NCBI GenBank assembly: GCA_903843235.1
Contig: CAIMOW010000045.1
Location: 1 to 54,082, forward strand
Source: an uncultured beta proteobacterium
GTDB taxonomy: Bacteria > Pseudomonadota > Gammaproteobacteria > Burkholderiales > Burkholderiaceae
Length of the DNA: 54,082 bases
Direction of reading: 5' to 3'
Position numbers and translations under genes: made by a program. This document shows, piece by piece, positions 38,448-48,594 of this stretch (its first letter is position 1; each line of letters begins with the position of its first letter). The notes under the pieces are model-generated. The model was given only the letters and a program-made list of their open reading frames with translations. It searched no databases and was not told the DNA's origin.

Positions 38448-39653
38448 ATGAAACCCATATATATCTGTGATGCCATCAGAACCCCCATCGGTCGCTATGC
38501 TGGATCACTATCCAGTATTCGGGCAGATGATTTGGGTGCAATTCCTATAATGGCATTAATGGAGCGCAATCCCAAAGTAAAGTGGGATGAGCTTGATGAA
38601 GTCATTTACGGTTGCGCTAACCAAGCCGGCGAAGACAACCGTAACATTGCTCGGATGAGCTCTTTACTAGCCGGCTTATCACCTAGTGTTCCGGGCGTCA
38701 CCATGAATCGCTTATGCGGTTCAGGCATGGATGCTATTGGTACTGCAGCTAGAGCCATTGCTGCTGGTGAAGTAGATCTTGTGATTGCTGGTGGGGTCGA
38801 GAGCATGAGCCGCGCACCCTTTGTAATGCCCAAATCCGAATCCGCCTTTTCCAGAACAAATACAGTACATGACACCACTATTGGCTGGCGTTTTATTAAC
38901 CCACTTATGCGGCAAGCTTATGGTGTTGATTCCATGCCAGAAACTGCTGAGAATGTTGCGGATGATTTTAAAATCAATCGACTAGATCAAGATCGGATGG
39001 CTTTAAGAAGTCAAAATAAGGCTGCCGCCTCTCAAGCTAGCGGTCGTTTCGCAAAGGAAATTACGCCCGTCATCATTTCCCAGAAAAAAGGGGACCCCGT
39101 TATCGTTTCACAAGACGAACATCCTCGCGCAACGACCATTGAAGCACTTGGAAAACTCAAACCCATCGTTCGCCCAGACGGCACGGTAACTGCAGGCAAT
39201 GCATCTGGTGTTAACGATGGCGCCTGCGCTCTTCTGCTTGCTAGCGAAGATGCTCTCAAAAAACATAAGCTCAAACCTAGGGCTAAGATTATTGGCATGG
39301 CTACTGCTGGCGTACCTCCCCGCATTATGGGCATTGGCCCTGCACCCGCCTCACAAAAATTACTGAAACGGCTAGGTCTCTCTATTGACCAAATTGACGT
39401 CATTGAGCTCAATGAAGCTTTTGCTGCACAAGGATTAGCCACCTTGCGCGCGCTAGGTGTGGCTGATGATGATCCTAGAGTCAACCCGAATGGGGGCGCT
39501 ATTGCGCTAGGACATCCTTTGGGGATGAGTGGTGCACGCTTAGTTACAACTGCCTTGGTAGAGCTGGAAGAACAGCAAAAACGGTACGCACTTTGTACCA
39601 TGTGTATTGGGGTTGGCCAAGGCATTGCTATAGTGATCGAGCGAACTGCTTAA
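38448..39653 (+). CDS. pcaF: 3-oxoadipyl-CoA thiolase (PcaF/PaaJ)
   Basis: GCANQAGEDNRN, NRLCGSG, NEAFA, GHPLG, CIGVGQG. Confidence 0.92.
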   Translation: MKPIYICDAIRTPIGRYAGSLSSIRADDLGAIPIMALMERNPKVKWDELDEVIYGCANQAGEDNRNIARMSSLLAGLSPSVPGVTMNRLCGSGMDAIGTAARAIAAGEVDLVIAGGVESMSRAPFVMPKSESAFSRTNTVHDTTIGWRFINPLMRQAYGVDSMPETAENVADDFKINRLDQDRMALRSQNKAAASQASGRFAKEITPVIISQKKGDPVIVSQDEHPRATTIEALGKLKPIVRPDGTVTAGNASGVNDGACALLLASEDALKKHKLKPRAKIIGMATAGVPPRIMGIGPAPASQKLLKRLGLSIDQIDVIELNEAFAAQGLATLRALGVADDDPRVNPNGGAIALGHPLGMSGARLVTTALVELEEQQKRYALCTMCIGVGQGIAIVIERTA

Positions 39654-39664
39654 AATTTTCACTT

Positions 39665-39699
39665 AAAATAATGCCCGCTGATCTAGCGGGCATTATTTT
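39665..39699. terminator. Bidirectional intrinsic terminator
   Basis: AAAATAATGCCCGCT-GATCT-AGCGGGCATTATTTT. Confidence 0.82.
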
Positions 39700-39718
39700 A
39701 AATTAGGAGTAATTCCAT

Positions 39719-40681
39719 TTACTCATCTTTCATATTGGCACTCTTCACTATCGGCTGAAGACGCTTTCTTTCTTCAGACAAGAATTTAATGAAATCTGCC
39801 TGGCTACCCGGCGAAGGCTCAATACCTTGCGGAATCAAGCGAGCCTTAAGCGCATTTGTATCTAGAGCTGCTTGTATAGCAGCATTCATTTTCTGAATAA
39901 TCTCATTGGGCGTGCCCTTAGGTGCAAATATTCCAGACCAATGGCCAATGAAAATATTGGGATATCCCAGTTCTCCAGTAGTTGGGACGTTAGGCAAACG
40001 CGTGATGCGTTTATTCCAAGTGGAGGCAATGGGCCTGAGTTTGTTACCTTCGATTTGCGGCAAAACTACTACGCTGGCTTCTGAAGTGGCATCCACTTGT
40101 TTTGACACTACTGAAAAAACTCCCTCTGAACCACTTTTATACGGAATGATTTCGTAATTTCCGCCCCCGGCATACAGTTTGAGCATTTCAGCCACAAAGT
40201 GGGGAGTGCTCCCGCTACCTGCAGTGGCAAAAGTCAGCCCCGGATTTTCCTTCGCTTTTTTAATTAAGTCTTTAAAATTTAGAATTGGAGAATCGCTGTT
40301 GACCACAATGATGGATGGGCTCACAGCCATCATACCCACTGGTACTAAGTCTTCTGGCTTGTAGGGCATATTATTGCGCAACATTGGAATGGTAACCACA
40401 CCGCCTGCTGCCCCAGCATAAAAGGTGTAGCCGTCAGGCGCACTCTTAGCAACATAATCACCACCAACCACTGATCCCGCCCCAGGCTTATTTTCAACAA
40501 TAATCGGCTGACCCAATTGCTTGCCAACGGCCTCAGCAACGGCGCGCGCAACTAAATCGTTTGCCCCTCCCGGACCAAAGCCCACAATAAATTTAATTGG
40601 GCGACTTGGCCACGTATCTGCAAACGCAGCATTGGCAACAACCATCGCAAAAGCAAGTGCCAGGACTTTAATTGTTTTCAT
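39719..40681 (-). CDS. Bug/TctC substrate-binding protein
   Basis: WPSRPI, GPGGAND, ENKPGAG, IPYKSG; start 40681 overlaps the upstream TGA. Confidence 0.92.
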   Translation of the reverse strand: MKTIKVLALAFAMVVANAAFADTWPSRPIKFIVGFGPGGANDLVARAVAEAVGKQLGQPIIVENKPGAGSVVGGDYVAKSAPDGYTFYAGAAGGVVTIPMLRNNMPYKPEDLVPVGMMAVSPSIIVVNSDSPILNFKDLIKKAKENPGLTFATAGSGSTPHFVAEMLKLYAGGGNYEIIPYKSGSEGVFSVVSKQVDATSEASVVVLPQIEGNKLRPIASTWNKRITRLPNVPTTGELGYPNIFIGHWSGIFAPKGTPNEIIQKMNAAIQAALDTNALKARLIPQGIEPSPGSQADFIKFLSEERKRLQPIVKSANMKDE

Positions 40682-41544
40682 GAAAACTTTTTCTCCAATG
40701 AGTCGTAATATTCTTTGTTCACACAACTTTGACGCTCTGCAAAAGTAGCCACCAGCACTGGATCTTCTTTCAGCTCACCATATTGCTTGAGATGGCTCAA
40801 TGCATTGGTCATGCCACGTACAGCACCTTGTAAGGCTGCATTGGCATATAGCACCATCCCAAAACCCATCTGAGATAAGTCTGCAAGAGGTAGCGAAGGT
40901 GTCTTCCCACCAATCACGATATTGATCAGTTGCGGACAATAAGACTGAGAGGCAATCATTTTGATCTCCTCAATGCTTTCCGGCGCCTCAATGAAAATCA
41001 TATCCGCGCCAGATTGCGCATAACTAGCAGCCCTGTCGAGCGCATCGTCCAATCCATTGATTGTTCTTGCATCTGTTCTAGCAATAATCAGAAAGTCATC
41101 GTGCTTTCGGGCATCTACAGCAGCCTTAATCTTGCCGCACATTTCTTCTTTGCTAATGACTTGTTTGCCAGCAAAATGTCCACAGCGTTTAGGGCTGGCT
41201 TGATCTTCAATTTGGATAGCGCTAGCACCGGCACGCTCCAACACCTTGACAGTGTGATGAACATTGACTGCATTTCCAAAACCAGTATCAATGTCGACTA
41301 TCAAAGGTATCTGCACAACATCGCATATTGCTGAAGTGTTCACTGCCACATCATTTAGATTAATAAATCCTAAATCTGGGATTCCATAAAACTGGTTTGT
41401 TAATCCTGCGCCACTGAGATAAACAGCCTCGAATCCTAAATCTTCAATCAAACGTGCAGCCAGCGCATTGCCAGCACCAGGAACTAAAAGCCCACGCTTT
41501 TCATTGACCAGTCTACGTAAGATGGTTCCTAAATGTGTGGGCAC
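40678..41544 (-). CDS. Isocitrate lyase / PEP mutase superfamily enzyme (PrpB / dimethylmalate lyase-like)
   Basis: YLSGAG, DIDTGFG, IEDQ..PKRCGH, ARTDA. Confidence 0.9.
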   Translation of the reverse strand: MPTHLGTILRRLVNEKRGLLVPGAGNALAARLIEDLGFEAVYLSGAGLTNQFYGIPDLGFINLNDVAVNTSAICDVVQIPLIVDIDTGFGNAVNVHHTVKVLERAGASAIQIEDQASPKRCGHFAGKQVISKEEMCGKIKAAVDARKHDDFLIIARTDARTINGLDDALDRAASYAQSGADMIFIEAPESIEEIKMIASQSYCPQLINIVIGGKTPSLPLADLSQMGFGMVLYANAALQGAVRGMTNALSHLKQYGELKEDPVLVATFAERQSCVNKEYYDSLEKKFS

Positions 41545-41646
41545 TTGAGCTCCTTTTTGATGGAAATTATGAAGATTATATGAGCTTAACTCGTCTTATT
41601 ATCAGCGAGCTGACAACTTCGCAGTGAGGAAGTGCTTAATATTAGG

Positions 41647-42099
41647 TTAGTTCAAATGTGCTATTACAAGTTCTTGTAACACGGCTCGCACGTTCTGCGG
41701 TATAGGAGTTGGCTTATTGCTTGCGCGGTCAACATAGACGTGCACAAAATAGCCAAGTGCAGAGGCAACATTCTCATCATTCCTGAAAATGGCAACCTCA
41801 TATTTAACGCTGCTATTGCCCAAATGCGCCACTTTCAAACCTACATGGATCAGATCTGGATACACAATCGGCGCAAAATATTTGCATTGGGTTTCAATTA
41901 CTAGGCCAATCGTTTCGCTTTTGGCAATATCTAAAACATTACGCTCTATTAAATAGCGATTGACCGCTGTATCAAAGAATGAGTAATACACCACATTATT
42001 AATATGGCCATATGCATCGTTGTCCATCCATCTAGAATGAACATCTTCAAACGCAACAAAATCAGCGCGTGTTGGTGGGGAGTGCTTCTGATTACTCAT
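41647..42099 (-). CDS. Acyl-CoA thioesterase (4HBT hotdog fold)
   Basis: RWMDNDAYGHINNVVYYSFFD. Confidence 0.9.
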   Translation of the reverse strand: MSNQKHSPPTRADFVAFEDVHSRWMDNDAYGHINNVVYYSFFDTAVNRYLIERNVLDIAKSETIGLVIETQCKYFAPIVYPDLIHVGLKVAHLGNSSVKYEVAIFRNDENVASALGYFVHVYVDRASNKPTPIPQNVRAVLQELVIAHLN

Positions 42100-43244
42100 A
42101 AAGCTTCTCTATATAAAGCTGCAGCATCAGCCAAAGTAATTTCACGCGGGCTGTTTTGCAATAAACGGGTTTGTAACATGGCATCAGTAGCAAGCTGATC
42201 AATGTCATTTGCCGTGATACCAACCTCCACTAAACGCTGGGGCAAGCCAAGTTCGCCAGCCAAGCCACCCAAGTAGTCGGCTAGTTGTGCAGCCTGCTCC
42301 TTTGTGGATCCCAGTAATCCGGGTTTAATAATTTGGCCCAATTCTGCATACATCACATGTGCCGCATCTAAGTTAAAGCGCACTACCGACCCAAGCATTA
42401 ATGAGTTAGAGAGTCCATGCGGGACATGAAATCTTGCGCCAATGGGATAAGCTAAGGCATGTACACCTGCTACTGGGGCATTCGTAAATGACATGCCCGC
42501 AAGGCAAGCTCCTAGCAACATATTTTCACGGGCGACGATGTCACTGCCAGAGGCCACTGCTTTATGAAGATTGGCCGCCAACAATCGCAATGCTTCTTTT
42601 GCCAAACAATCTGATACAGGATTCTTGAGGCGTTTCGTAGTAAATGCCTCAATAGCATGCACCATGGCATCAATACCAGTAGCTGCAGTGACATGAGCTG
42701 GCAATCCCAGGGTGAGTTCGGCATCTAGCAAAGCAATGTCAGGTAATAGCTGAGGGGAAACAACGCCTTTTTTCTCATTCTCACTAACCGTAACGATCGA
42801 AATCGTCGTGACTTCAGAGCCTGTTCCTGCGGTCGTAGGAACAAGGATGAGGGGAAGCCGCAGCCCTTTGGCCATGCCTACACCATATACATCTACTAAT
42901 TTTTCTTTGCCAGGCGCCAAAAGTGCTACAAGCTTAGCCACATCCATTGAACTACCGCCGCCAAAGCCAACAATGTAGTCAGCTTTGCATTCTTGAGCTG
43001 CTTTGATGGCGCTATTGATTACCGATACCGGAGGGTCGGCTTGAACATCTGAAAAGATTTGAACGGGAAGATTTAGTTCCTTGAACTGATGAATTGCTTT
43101 ATTCAAAAGCCCTGCTGACAAAACGCCTGGATCGGTGACGATAAGTACTGATTTACCACCACGCTCTTGGATTCTTTTTGCTAAATTCGCAGAGCCACCT
43201 CTTTCTACAGAGATGGAGCGGGTAGAATGAAAGTCAAATTGCAT
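42096..43244 (-). CDS. Iron-containing alcohol dehydrogenase
   Basis: GGGSSMD, PTTAGTGSE, DAMVHAIE, HALAY, HGLSN. Confidence 0.92.
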   Translation of the reverse strand: MQFDFHSTRSISVERGGSANLAKRIQERGGKSVLIVTDPGVLSAGLLNKAIHQFKELNLPVQIFSDVQADPPVSVINSAIKAAQECKADYIVGFGGGSSMDVAKLVALLAPGKEKLVDVYGVGMAKGLRLPLILVPTTAGTGSEVTTISIVTVSENEKKGVVSPQLLPDIALLDAELTLGLPAHVTAATGIDAMVHAIEAFTTKRLKNPVSDCLAKEALRLLAANLHKAVASGSDIVARENMLLGACLAGMSFTNAPVAGVHALAYPIGARFHVPHGLSNSLMLGSVVRFNLDAAHVMYAELGQIIKPGLLGSTKEQAAQLADYLGGLAGELGLPQRLVEVGITANDIDQLATDAMLQTRLLQNSPREITLADAAALYREAL

Positions 43245-43423
43245 GCTTTCTCCTTTATGAAATGATTTCTTTTAATTTAAGGTGCATTAACTGTATCTCC
43301 TAAGCATAAGAAATGGTCTGGTCGCAATCTTTTATTTTGACAGTTATCTAGCTTATGTTTTATAAGTTAATCATAAGTCACAAAAGACAAAACTCCCACT
43401 ATTTCTGATGAGGGCTTGCTTTC

Positions 43424-43543
43424 TAGTGCGCCTAGCAAGAGTTCAGGCTGGAGCTAAAGGGCTATAAGAGCAAAACATGGAATAGAGCTCAATAAACAAG
43501 GAGTCTGCGGGTGGTGTGTAGCAGTATGGGTGCTATGTGAAGT
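43424..43543. repeat. Degenerate att-like repeat, copy A (decayed tRNA 3' end plus flank)
   Basis: Aligns with 50028-50149: 31 of the first 49 positions identical without gaps by hand count, plus shared ATAGA, GGTGGTG and TATGTG blocks. Confidence 0.55.
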
Positions 43544-43594
43544 AAGTTTTGATGGAGGAAGCTACTAAACCAACATCGATTAAATCATTGGTAG

Positions 43595-45124
43595 CTAAGT
43601 ACCCCAGGCTATCTCTGTTTGGACAAACTTTTTTGCGCTTTTCTCACATAACGACCGTATGCGCTGACGCTCGGCTTTAAGCCAACCAAGAGCAAATAAT
43701 AAATTAGGGTCATCTTGTGTAAGCCCTTCAATTCGAGTAATTGCTACGCAAATATCATTAAATAAACCGAAACACTCCAGCGCGACTGATATTGCTTTAA
43801 AGAAATTAGAGTACTTATTTTTGTTGCAATAGTCTTTAAAAAATTCTAAAGAGTAGCGCATAAACTTCATTTTTTTTCGTAGCGAATGAATTTCCTCATC
43901 CCGTAAAGTAGAAAATATACTCACTCGATCGGATACAAAATGAAATCCTCCGTCAATCAATTTAGTCGCCATTTTTCTAAATGCGATCAACTCTTCTTTG
44001 GTTCTTTTACTATCCCCAGGTTCGGCAATGGGCTTAACAGGAGAAAGCCCAACCGACATCAGCTCTAGTAATAACAATTGGAACTCTTTATCTCGAGTGA
44101 TATGGGATGGACTGGGCAAGTCTTTAATGCTACTCAATTTAATTTCAGGACCACCCAGGGATGAAAGAATGGGATTTAAGACGCCTGTAACGTAATCATT
44201 ATCGCGATACTGACCAAGTCTATCAAAGGCTTTTTTAAAGGTATCAGCCCCTTCATCACTAATAAAAATATCATGCCTTGCTAGATATTTAAACAACACC
44301 TTCAGACGACGCAGGCCAACCCGCAGCTGATGAAGATATTCAGAATAATTTTCATATTCAGCGCTTAATACACTCTGATTAGCAAGCACTTGTGCCAAGC
44401 AAGAATGAATGAGTAACTCAATAATTTCATGCATATTTTCCGCATTCTTGAGCGATATAGATTTAGCCCTAAGCGCAGGACTGGCTTTTAATCCACTAGC
44501 TAATAGGAAGCCACGCTCTGATTTACTGCGCGTGTCGATATACGCCTTATGAACCTTGATGATATTTTGCGCATGATGCAGAACATCACGGAAATCCCCT
44601 TGTTTTAGTTCTATTTCTAACTCCTGAACCGAGGATGCAATCACACCAGTACTTAGATTTGAATATATAGACCCTATATCCAAGGCATATTCGATCGATC
44701 CCTGACGTGTATTCACCACCGCCTTCCTTCGCCAAATATCTGTTTGATAACAAATTTTCAGATCTTCGACTCGCAGTTTCGGAAACCTCTTGTATAAATA
44801 TTTTCCAGAATCGTGATTTTGATGTAGTTCAAAAGACCAACTCGGAATAGCATTGCCAGCGGCACTCAATGTGACATTGTGCTCAAGTCGCTCCAATGGG
44901 TTAGGGGTAGAAACTTTAAGTGTTTGCACCCATTGACGACCTTCTTTCCTTAACCGAAAAGCAATACCAGCTTGAGTCAGCAAAAAATCAGAGGTATCTA
45001 TGTATGCCGCTTGCAAATGTTGTCTACGGATCCCGCCCTTAGAGACAATGAACTTTTCGATTGCCTCAAGTCTATTCTTTGGAAAGAGTAGTTTAATTTC
45101 AAATTCACTGCTGTTTGTAGGCAT
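43595..45124 (-). CDS. CYTH + CHAD domain protein (inorganic triphosphatase YgiF-like)
   Basis: EFEIKL, FRLRKEGRQWVQTLK, ELEIELK, SKSERG, LHQLRVGLRRL, HSLRKKMKFMRY. Confidence 0.9.
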   Translation of the reverse strand: MPTNSSEFEIKLLFPKNRLEAIEKFIVSKGGIRRQHLQAAYIDTSDFLLTQAGIAFRLRKEGRQWVQTLKVSTPNPLERLEHNVTLSAAGNAIPSWSFELHQNHDSGKYLYKRFPKLRVEDLKICYQTDIWRRKAVVNTRQGSIEYALDIGSIYSNLSTGVIASSVQELEIELKQGDFRDVLHHAQNIIKVHKAYIDTRSKSERGFLLASGLKASPALRAKSISLKNAENMHEIIELLIHSCLAQVLANQSVLSAEYENYSEYLHQLRVGLRRLKVLFKYLARHDIFISDEGADTFKKAFDRLGQYRDNDYVTGVLNPILSSLGGPEIKLSSIKDLPSPSHITRDKEFQLLLLELMSVGLSPVKPIAEPGDSKRTKEELIAFRKMATKLIDGGFHFVSDRVSIFSTLRDEEIHSLRKKMKFMRYSLEFFKDYCNKNKYSNFFKAISVALECFGLFNDICVAITRIEGLTQDDPNLLFALGWLKAERQRIRSLCEKSAKKFVQTEIAWGT

Positions 45125-45148
45125 TATTTCGAGTAACCAAATTTATAG

Positions 45149-45631
45149 CTAATTTAATAAGCTAAATTTTGATGCTCTTTTTGTAAGAATATCATGCCAA
45201 TCTTTGAAATCAAAAGAGAACTTTATTAATGAGCAAGTAGGCATTGATATGGGCTCACCAGCAATAAGAGATGCCAAATTCATAATGCCTGGATTATGTC
45301 CAACGATCATTAGCTTATCAATTTTTTTGGAAACTGAAGCAATGATTTTCAGTAAGACCATGGCTTCGGCTGCATATAGACCATCATTTACAACCAAATG
45401 AGAGTGCGGGGTACGCAAACCATTCGAAATAATCTGCCCCGTAGTAATCGTACGCACTGATGGACTCATCAAAATTAAATCGAAAGACAGTTCTTTTTTT
45501 GATAATTTGTGGGCAAGCTTATTAACATCTTTAACGCCTCTTTCAGATAGAGGCCTATCTTTATCGGATATAAGAACTCCCCCTGTAACCGCCTTTGCAT
45601 GGCGCAAGAGAAAGAGTGACTTAGTACCCAT
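45149..45631 (-). CDS. sixA: SixA-like histidine phosphatase
   Basis: LLRHAKA, DRPLSERG, SPSVRT, VGHNPG. Confidence 0.85.
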   Translation of the reverse strand: MGTKSLFLLRHAKAVTGGVLISDKDRPLSERGVKDVNKLAHKLSKKELSFDLILMSPSVRTITTGQIISNGLRTPHSHLVVNDGLYAAEAMVLLKIIASVSKKIDKLMIVGHNPGIMNLASLIAGEPISMPTCSLIKFSFDFKDWHDILTKRASKFSLLN

Positions 45632-45640
45632 TTGATAATG

Positions 45641-45919
45641 TTACTCCAGTGCCAAGACCATTTGAGGCAAAAACAACTTATTGTTGTCGGATTCATAGCG
45701 CTTGTCCTAGCTCTTCACTCCAAGCGTCAACGAAAAACCACAAGGATCAAGCTTCACCATCTTTACACCTTTGAAATCAGTAAGCCTCGCTTGATTAAAA
45801 TATGAAATAACCTGCCCCGCCGTGGGAATAGCATCCTTAAAAGGCAAGCTAGACGCACTAACCGCTCCAGCAAAACAAAGAATCACCACAGTGATAGAGA
45901 TTTAATTAAATTTTTTCAT
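45641..45919 (-). pseudogene. Inactivated exported protein with two in-frame stop codons
   Basis: AGGAGG RBS and ATG 45919: MKKFN*ISITVVILCFAGAVSA...GVKS*DKRYESDNNKLFLPQMVLALE*. The signal peptide is broken by TAA at codon 6. Confidence 0.6.
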
Positions 45920-45949
45920 AGTCCCTCCTAAAAAAATTAGATAGGGTTA

Positions 45950-45978
45950 ATGACAGCTTGATGAACCTTTTATGACAA
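45950..45978 (-). promoter_or_regulatory. Pho box (three 11-bp-period repeats)
   Basis: Minus strand TTGTCAT-AAAA-GGTTCAT-CAAG-CTGTCAT, upstream of the pseudogene-sixA-CYTH/CHAD unit. Confidence 0.72.
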
Positions 45979-46151
45979 CTCTGCAAAAGTTAGTAGGTAT
46001 TGTTATTGAATCGTCAATAAAGACTAATTATTATATAAAAATTTATTTTCTCAGGAATATCAAGCAAATCTAAGGTTGCCACTTCTCATTGAATTTTTTC
46101 ATTTTCATTGCTAGATCTTTTTTTACAGTGAATTTAGGTAAGATGTGGGCT

Positions 46152-47117
46152 ATGAAATTACAAAAAATATTGTTGACCTGCCTTGTAACAATCTTTTCGC
46201 AAGCCTGCATTGCTCAGGCATTTAAGTTTGTAGCCTTGGGAGATATGCCCTATTCGATCCCAGACGACTATAGCCGCTATGAGCGATTAATTAGTGCAGT
46301 CAATCGGACAAAGCCTAGTTTTGCGCTGTTTATCGGCGATACCAAATCAGGCTCTACACCATGCTCAGATGAGTACAACTTGATTGTTAAGAATTACTTT
46401 AAGCAATTCAATATGCCCTTGATCTATAGCATTGGGGATAACGAATGGACTGACTGCCATCGCACTCTGGCCGGGTCTTATGATCCGCTGGAGAGACTGG
46501 AAAATCTTAGAGTCACTTTCTTCTCAAATAATAAAAGTCAAGGTAAGCAGCCTATTACATTGCACCGTCAAGCAGACGTCATGCCTCAATATTCTCAATA
46601 TGTAGAGAATGCTTACTGGGTTAAAAATGACTTTATATTTATCAACGTTCATATTCCAGGGTCAAACAACAATTTTGAGCGTAATAATGAGGCGATAAAT
46701 GAGTACCGCCATCGTAATGAAGCAAATTTAGCGTGGATAGATTACGCATTCAAATTCGCAGGTAAAAATAATTTACATGGCATCATATTTTTTTATCAGG
46801 CGGATATGTTCTACAGTCCTTTGCAGGCAACTGAATTAAGTAGTGGCTACAGAGACACCTTAAATAGTCTTACTAGACATGCTGAGGCTTTTGAGAAACC
46901 AGTGCTATTAATCCATGGTGACAGTCATCGACTCAAAATTGACCAGCCATTAAAAACAATCGATAAAGGATTTGTTCTTGAAAATGTCATTCGCTTGCAA
47001 GTCATGGGCGAAGATCAAGTGCAAGCTGTTGAGGTAGGCGTTTATCCAAGCAGTGAGCAACCATTTACTTTCAATCCACTGATTCTGAAATCTAACAGCC
47101 TTTATAGAAAAAACTAA
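46152..47117 (+). CDS. Exported calcineurin-like metallophosphoesterase
   Basis: Signal peptide; ALGDMPY, IGDTKSG, GDNEWTDCHR, HGDSH. Confidence 0.85.
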   Translation: MKLQKILLTCLVTIFSQACIAQAFKFVALGDMPYSIPDDYSRYERLISAVNRTKPSFALFIGDTKSGSTPCSDEYNLIVKNYFKQFNMPLIYSIGDNEWTDCHRTLAGSYDPLERLENLRVTFFSNNKSQGKQPITLHRQADVMPQYSQYVENAYWVKNDFIFINVHIPGSNNNFERNNEAINEYRHRNEANLAWIDYAFKFAGKNNLHGIIFFYQADMFYSPLQATELSSGYRDTLNSLTRHAEAFEKPVLLIHGDSHRLKIDQPLKTIDKGFVLENVIRLQVMGEDQVQAVEVGVYPSSEQPFTFNPLILKSNSLYRKN

Positions 47118-47138
47118 GCCCCTTTTTCTTGCATTTAC

Positions 47139-47156
47139 CTGTCACAAATACTTCAT
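47139..47156 (+). promoter_or_regulatory. Pho box-like direct repeat with no downstream ORF
   Basis: CTGTCAC-AAAT-ACTTCAT. Confidence 0.4.
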
Positions 47157-47322
47157 TAGGGAGTTTGCATGCAGTGAAGAATTAAAACCTAAGAAGCTGG
47201 TAATTGAGAAAAAGTAAAATAGAATGTTTTCTGAATTAGGTAAATCGGTAGCGGAATAAAAAAATGGCGTCTATCAAATAGAGTGCCTCCCTGAAGATCA
47301 AGCCAAACAAGAAGCCGTTGTC

Positions 47323-48321
47323 CTAGACCCCCATCTCCGTCTGAATAAAGTCGCAAACTGCAAGATTAAATGGGGCTGGATGCCCTGCATTAGCCACCTC
47401 CAGCGTTTGTATATGAGGAATAAAGCTTTTAGCCTCCACAACCCTCTGCTTGGTACATATCTTGGATTTACCTCCATAGATTAGCCCTACGTGACCTTTA
47501 TAGCCTTCTAAGGCCTCATGAAAATTCATACCCCAAACATCTGCCTGATAAGAAAGATCAAAATGGCCCGGAAGTTGCACGTCAGAAATTGCCTTCTCAT
47601 CTACGCTTAAATCTTTAGCAAGCTCTCGCACTTTCTTAAAACCAAGGTCATTTTTCATTGATTTATACAGAGCGTACAAAGAGGTCCAATTAACTGTTAG
47701 AGCGATGTCATTCAATATGATTCCATAAATTCTTTTTCCAAATATTTGAGTAAGGTACATGGCCAATACGCCACCCATACTTGTTCCGAGAATGGTCAGT
47801 TTTTGTGACATCTTTCCATCAATCAAGATAGTGCTCCGAACTAGCTGGCTAATATCGGATAAGTAAAGCGACATCTTATAAACACCATGATCATCAATAT
47901 AGTCAGACTCCCCCCTACCAGAGAAATCAATACTGATTACTTTGCAATTATCAAATTTTAAAAAGTAGGCATGGATCACCAAAAAGGAGGCTTTTGTTTC
48001 AAGTAAGCCCGGCAAACATAGAAGAAGATTGTCCACATCCATATCTCCAGAAACTGTATAGGCAATTTTTCGATAGCGCTCACCATCCTGAATTTGAAAA
48101 TATCTTGTCTCAGGGGTAACGCTTTGTGTCTTAGTATCAAACGATATCGCTTTCGGTGGCACCTCTTCAAGGGGCGAAAACACGACATCATCAACTATAG
48201 GCATTTCAGGGCTTAGGTTAGCTTGTTCCTCACTAAAGATAATCTTTGGCCCAGAAGGCTTTAGAGATTTGATAACCTCAGCCTTTATTTCCATCAATAG
48301 ATCAAAAATATTTTTCTTCAT
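47323..48321 (-). CDS. Alpha/beta hydrolase with N-terminal extension
   Basis: LCLPGL, DFSGRGES, GTSMGG, ILND, GHPAP. Confidence 0.82.
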   Translation of the reverse strand: MKKNIFDLLMEIKAEVIKSLKPSGPKIIFSEEQANLSPEMPIVDDVVFSPLEEVPPKAISFDTKTQSVTPETRYFQIQDGERYRKIAYTVSGDMDVDNLLLCLPGLLETKASFLVIHAYFLKFDNCKVISIDFSGRGESDYIDDHGVYKMSLYLSDISQLVRSTILIDGKMSQKLTILGTSMGGVLAMYLTQIFGKRIYGIILNDIALTVNWTSLYALYKSMKNDLGFKKVRELAKDLSVDEKAISDVQLPGHFDLSYQADVWGMNFHEALEGYKGHVGLIYGGKSKICTKQRVVEAKSFIPHIQTLEVANAGHPAPFNLAVCDFIQTEMGV

Positions 48322-48594
48322 TTAAATCTATACCCATTCTCAACACCAGTAAGCAGACTTATGAGTCCTCAGATACTCACTGTATAGAGATTTCATGACA
48401 AAAAATAATTAATACGTGTTTGCGCACAACAACCACAAACAAACAGCTCATTGGTTCGCTAGTAGACCCATACATCTATTGGGGTTGTTGTTGAAGATGT
48501 ATGGAGATTGCTTAGACACTTAGTGGCAAAAAAATAAAAACGACTTAGAAATTTCTCCCTAAGTTGTTGATTTAATTGATTGATCCACCAGGAT

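Noticed and set aside
39032-39625. 197-aa minus-strand ORF
   Set aside because: Antisense shadow of pcaF.
43341-43380. CTTATG/CATAAG repeats resembling LysR sites upstream of the Fe-ADH
   Set aside because: Short and AT-rich with no LysR gene nearby; too weak to call.
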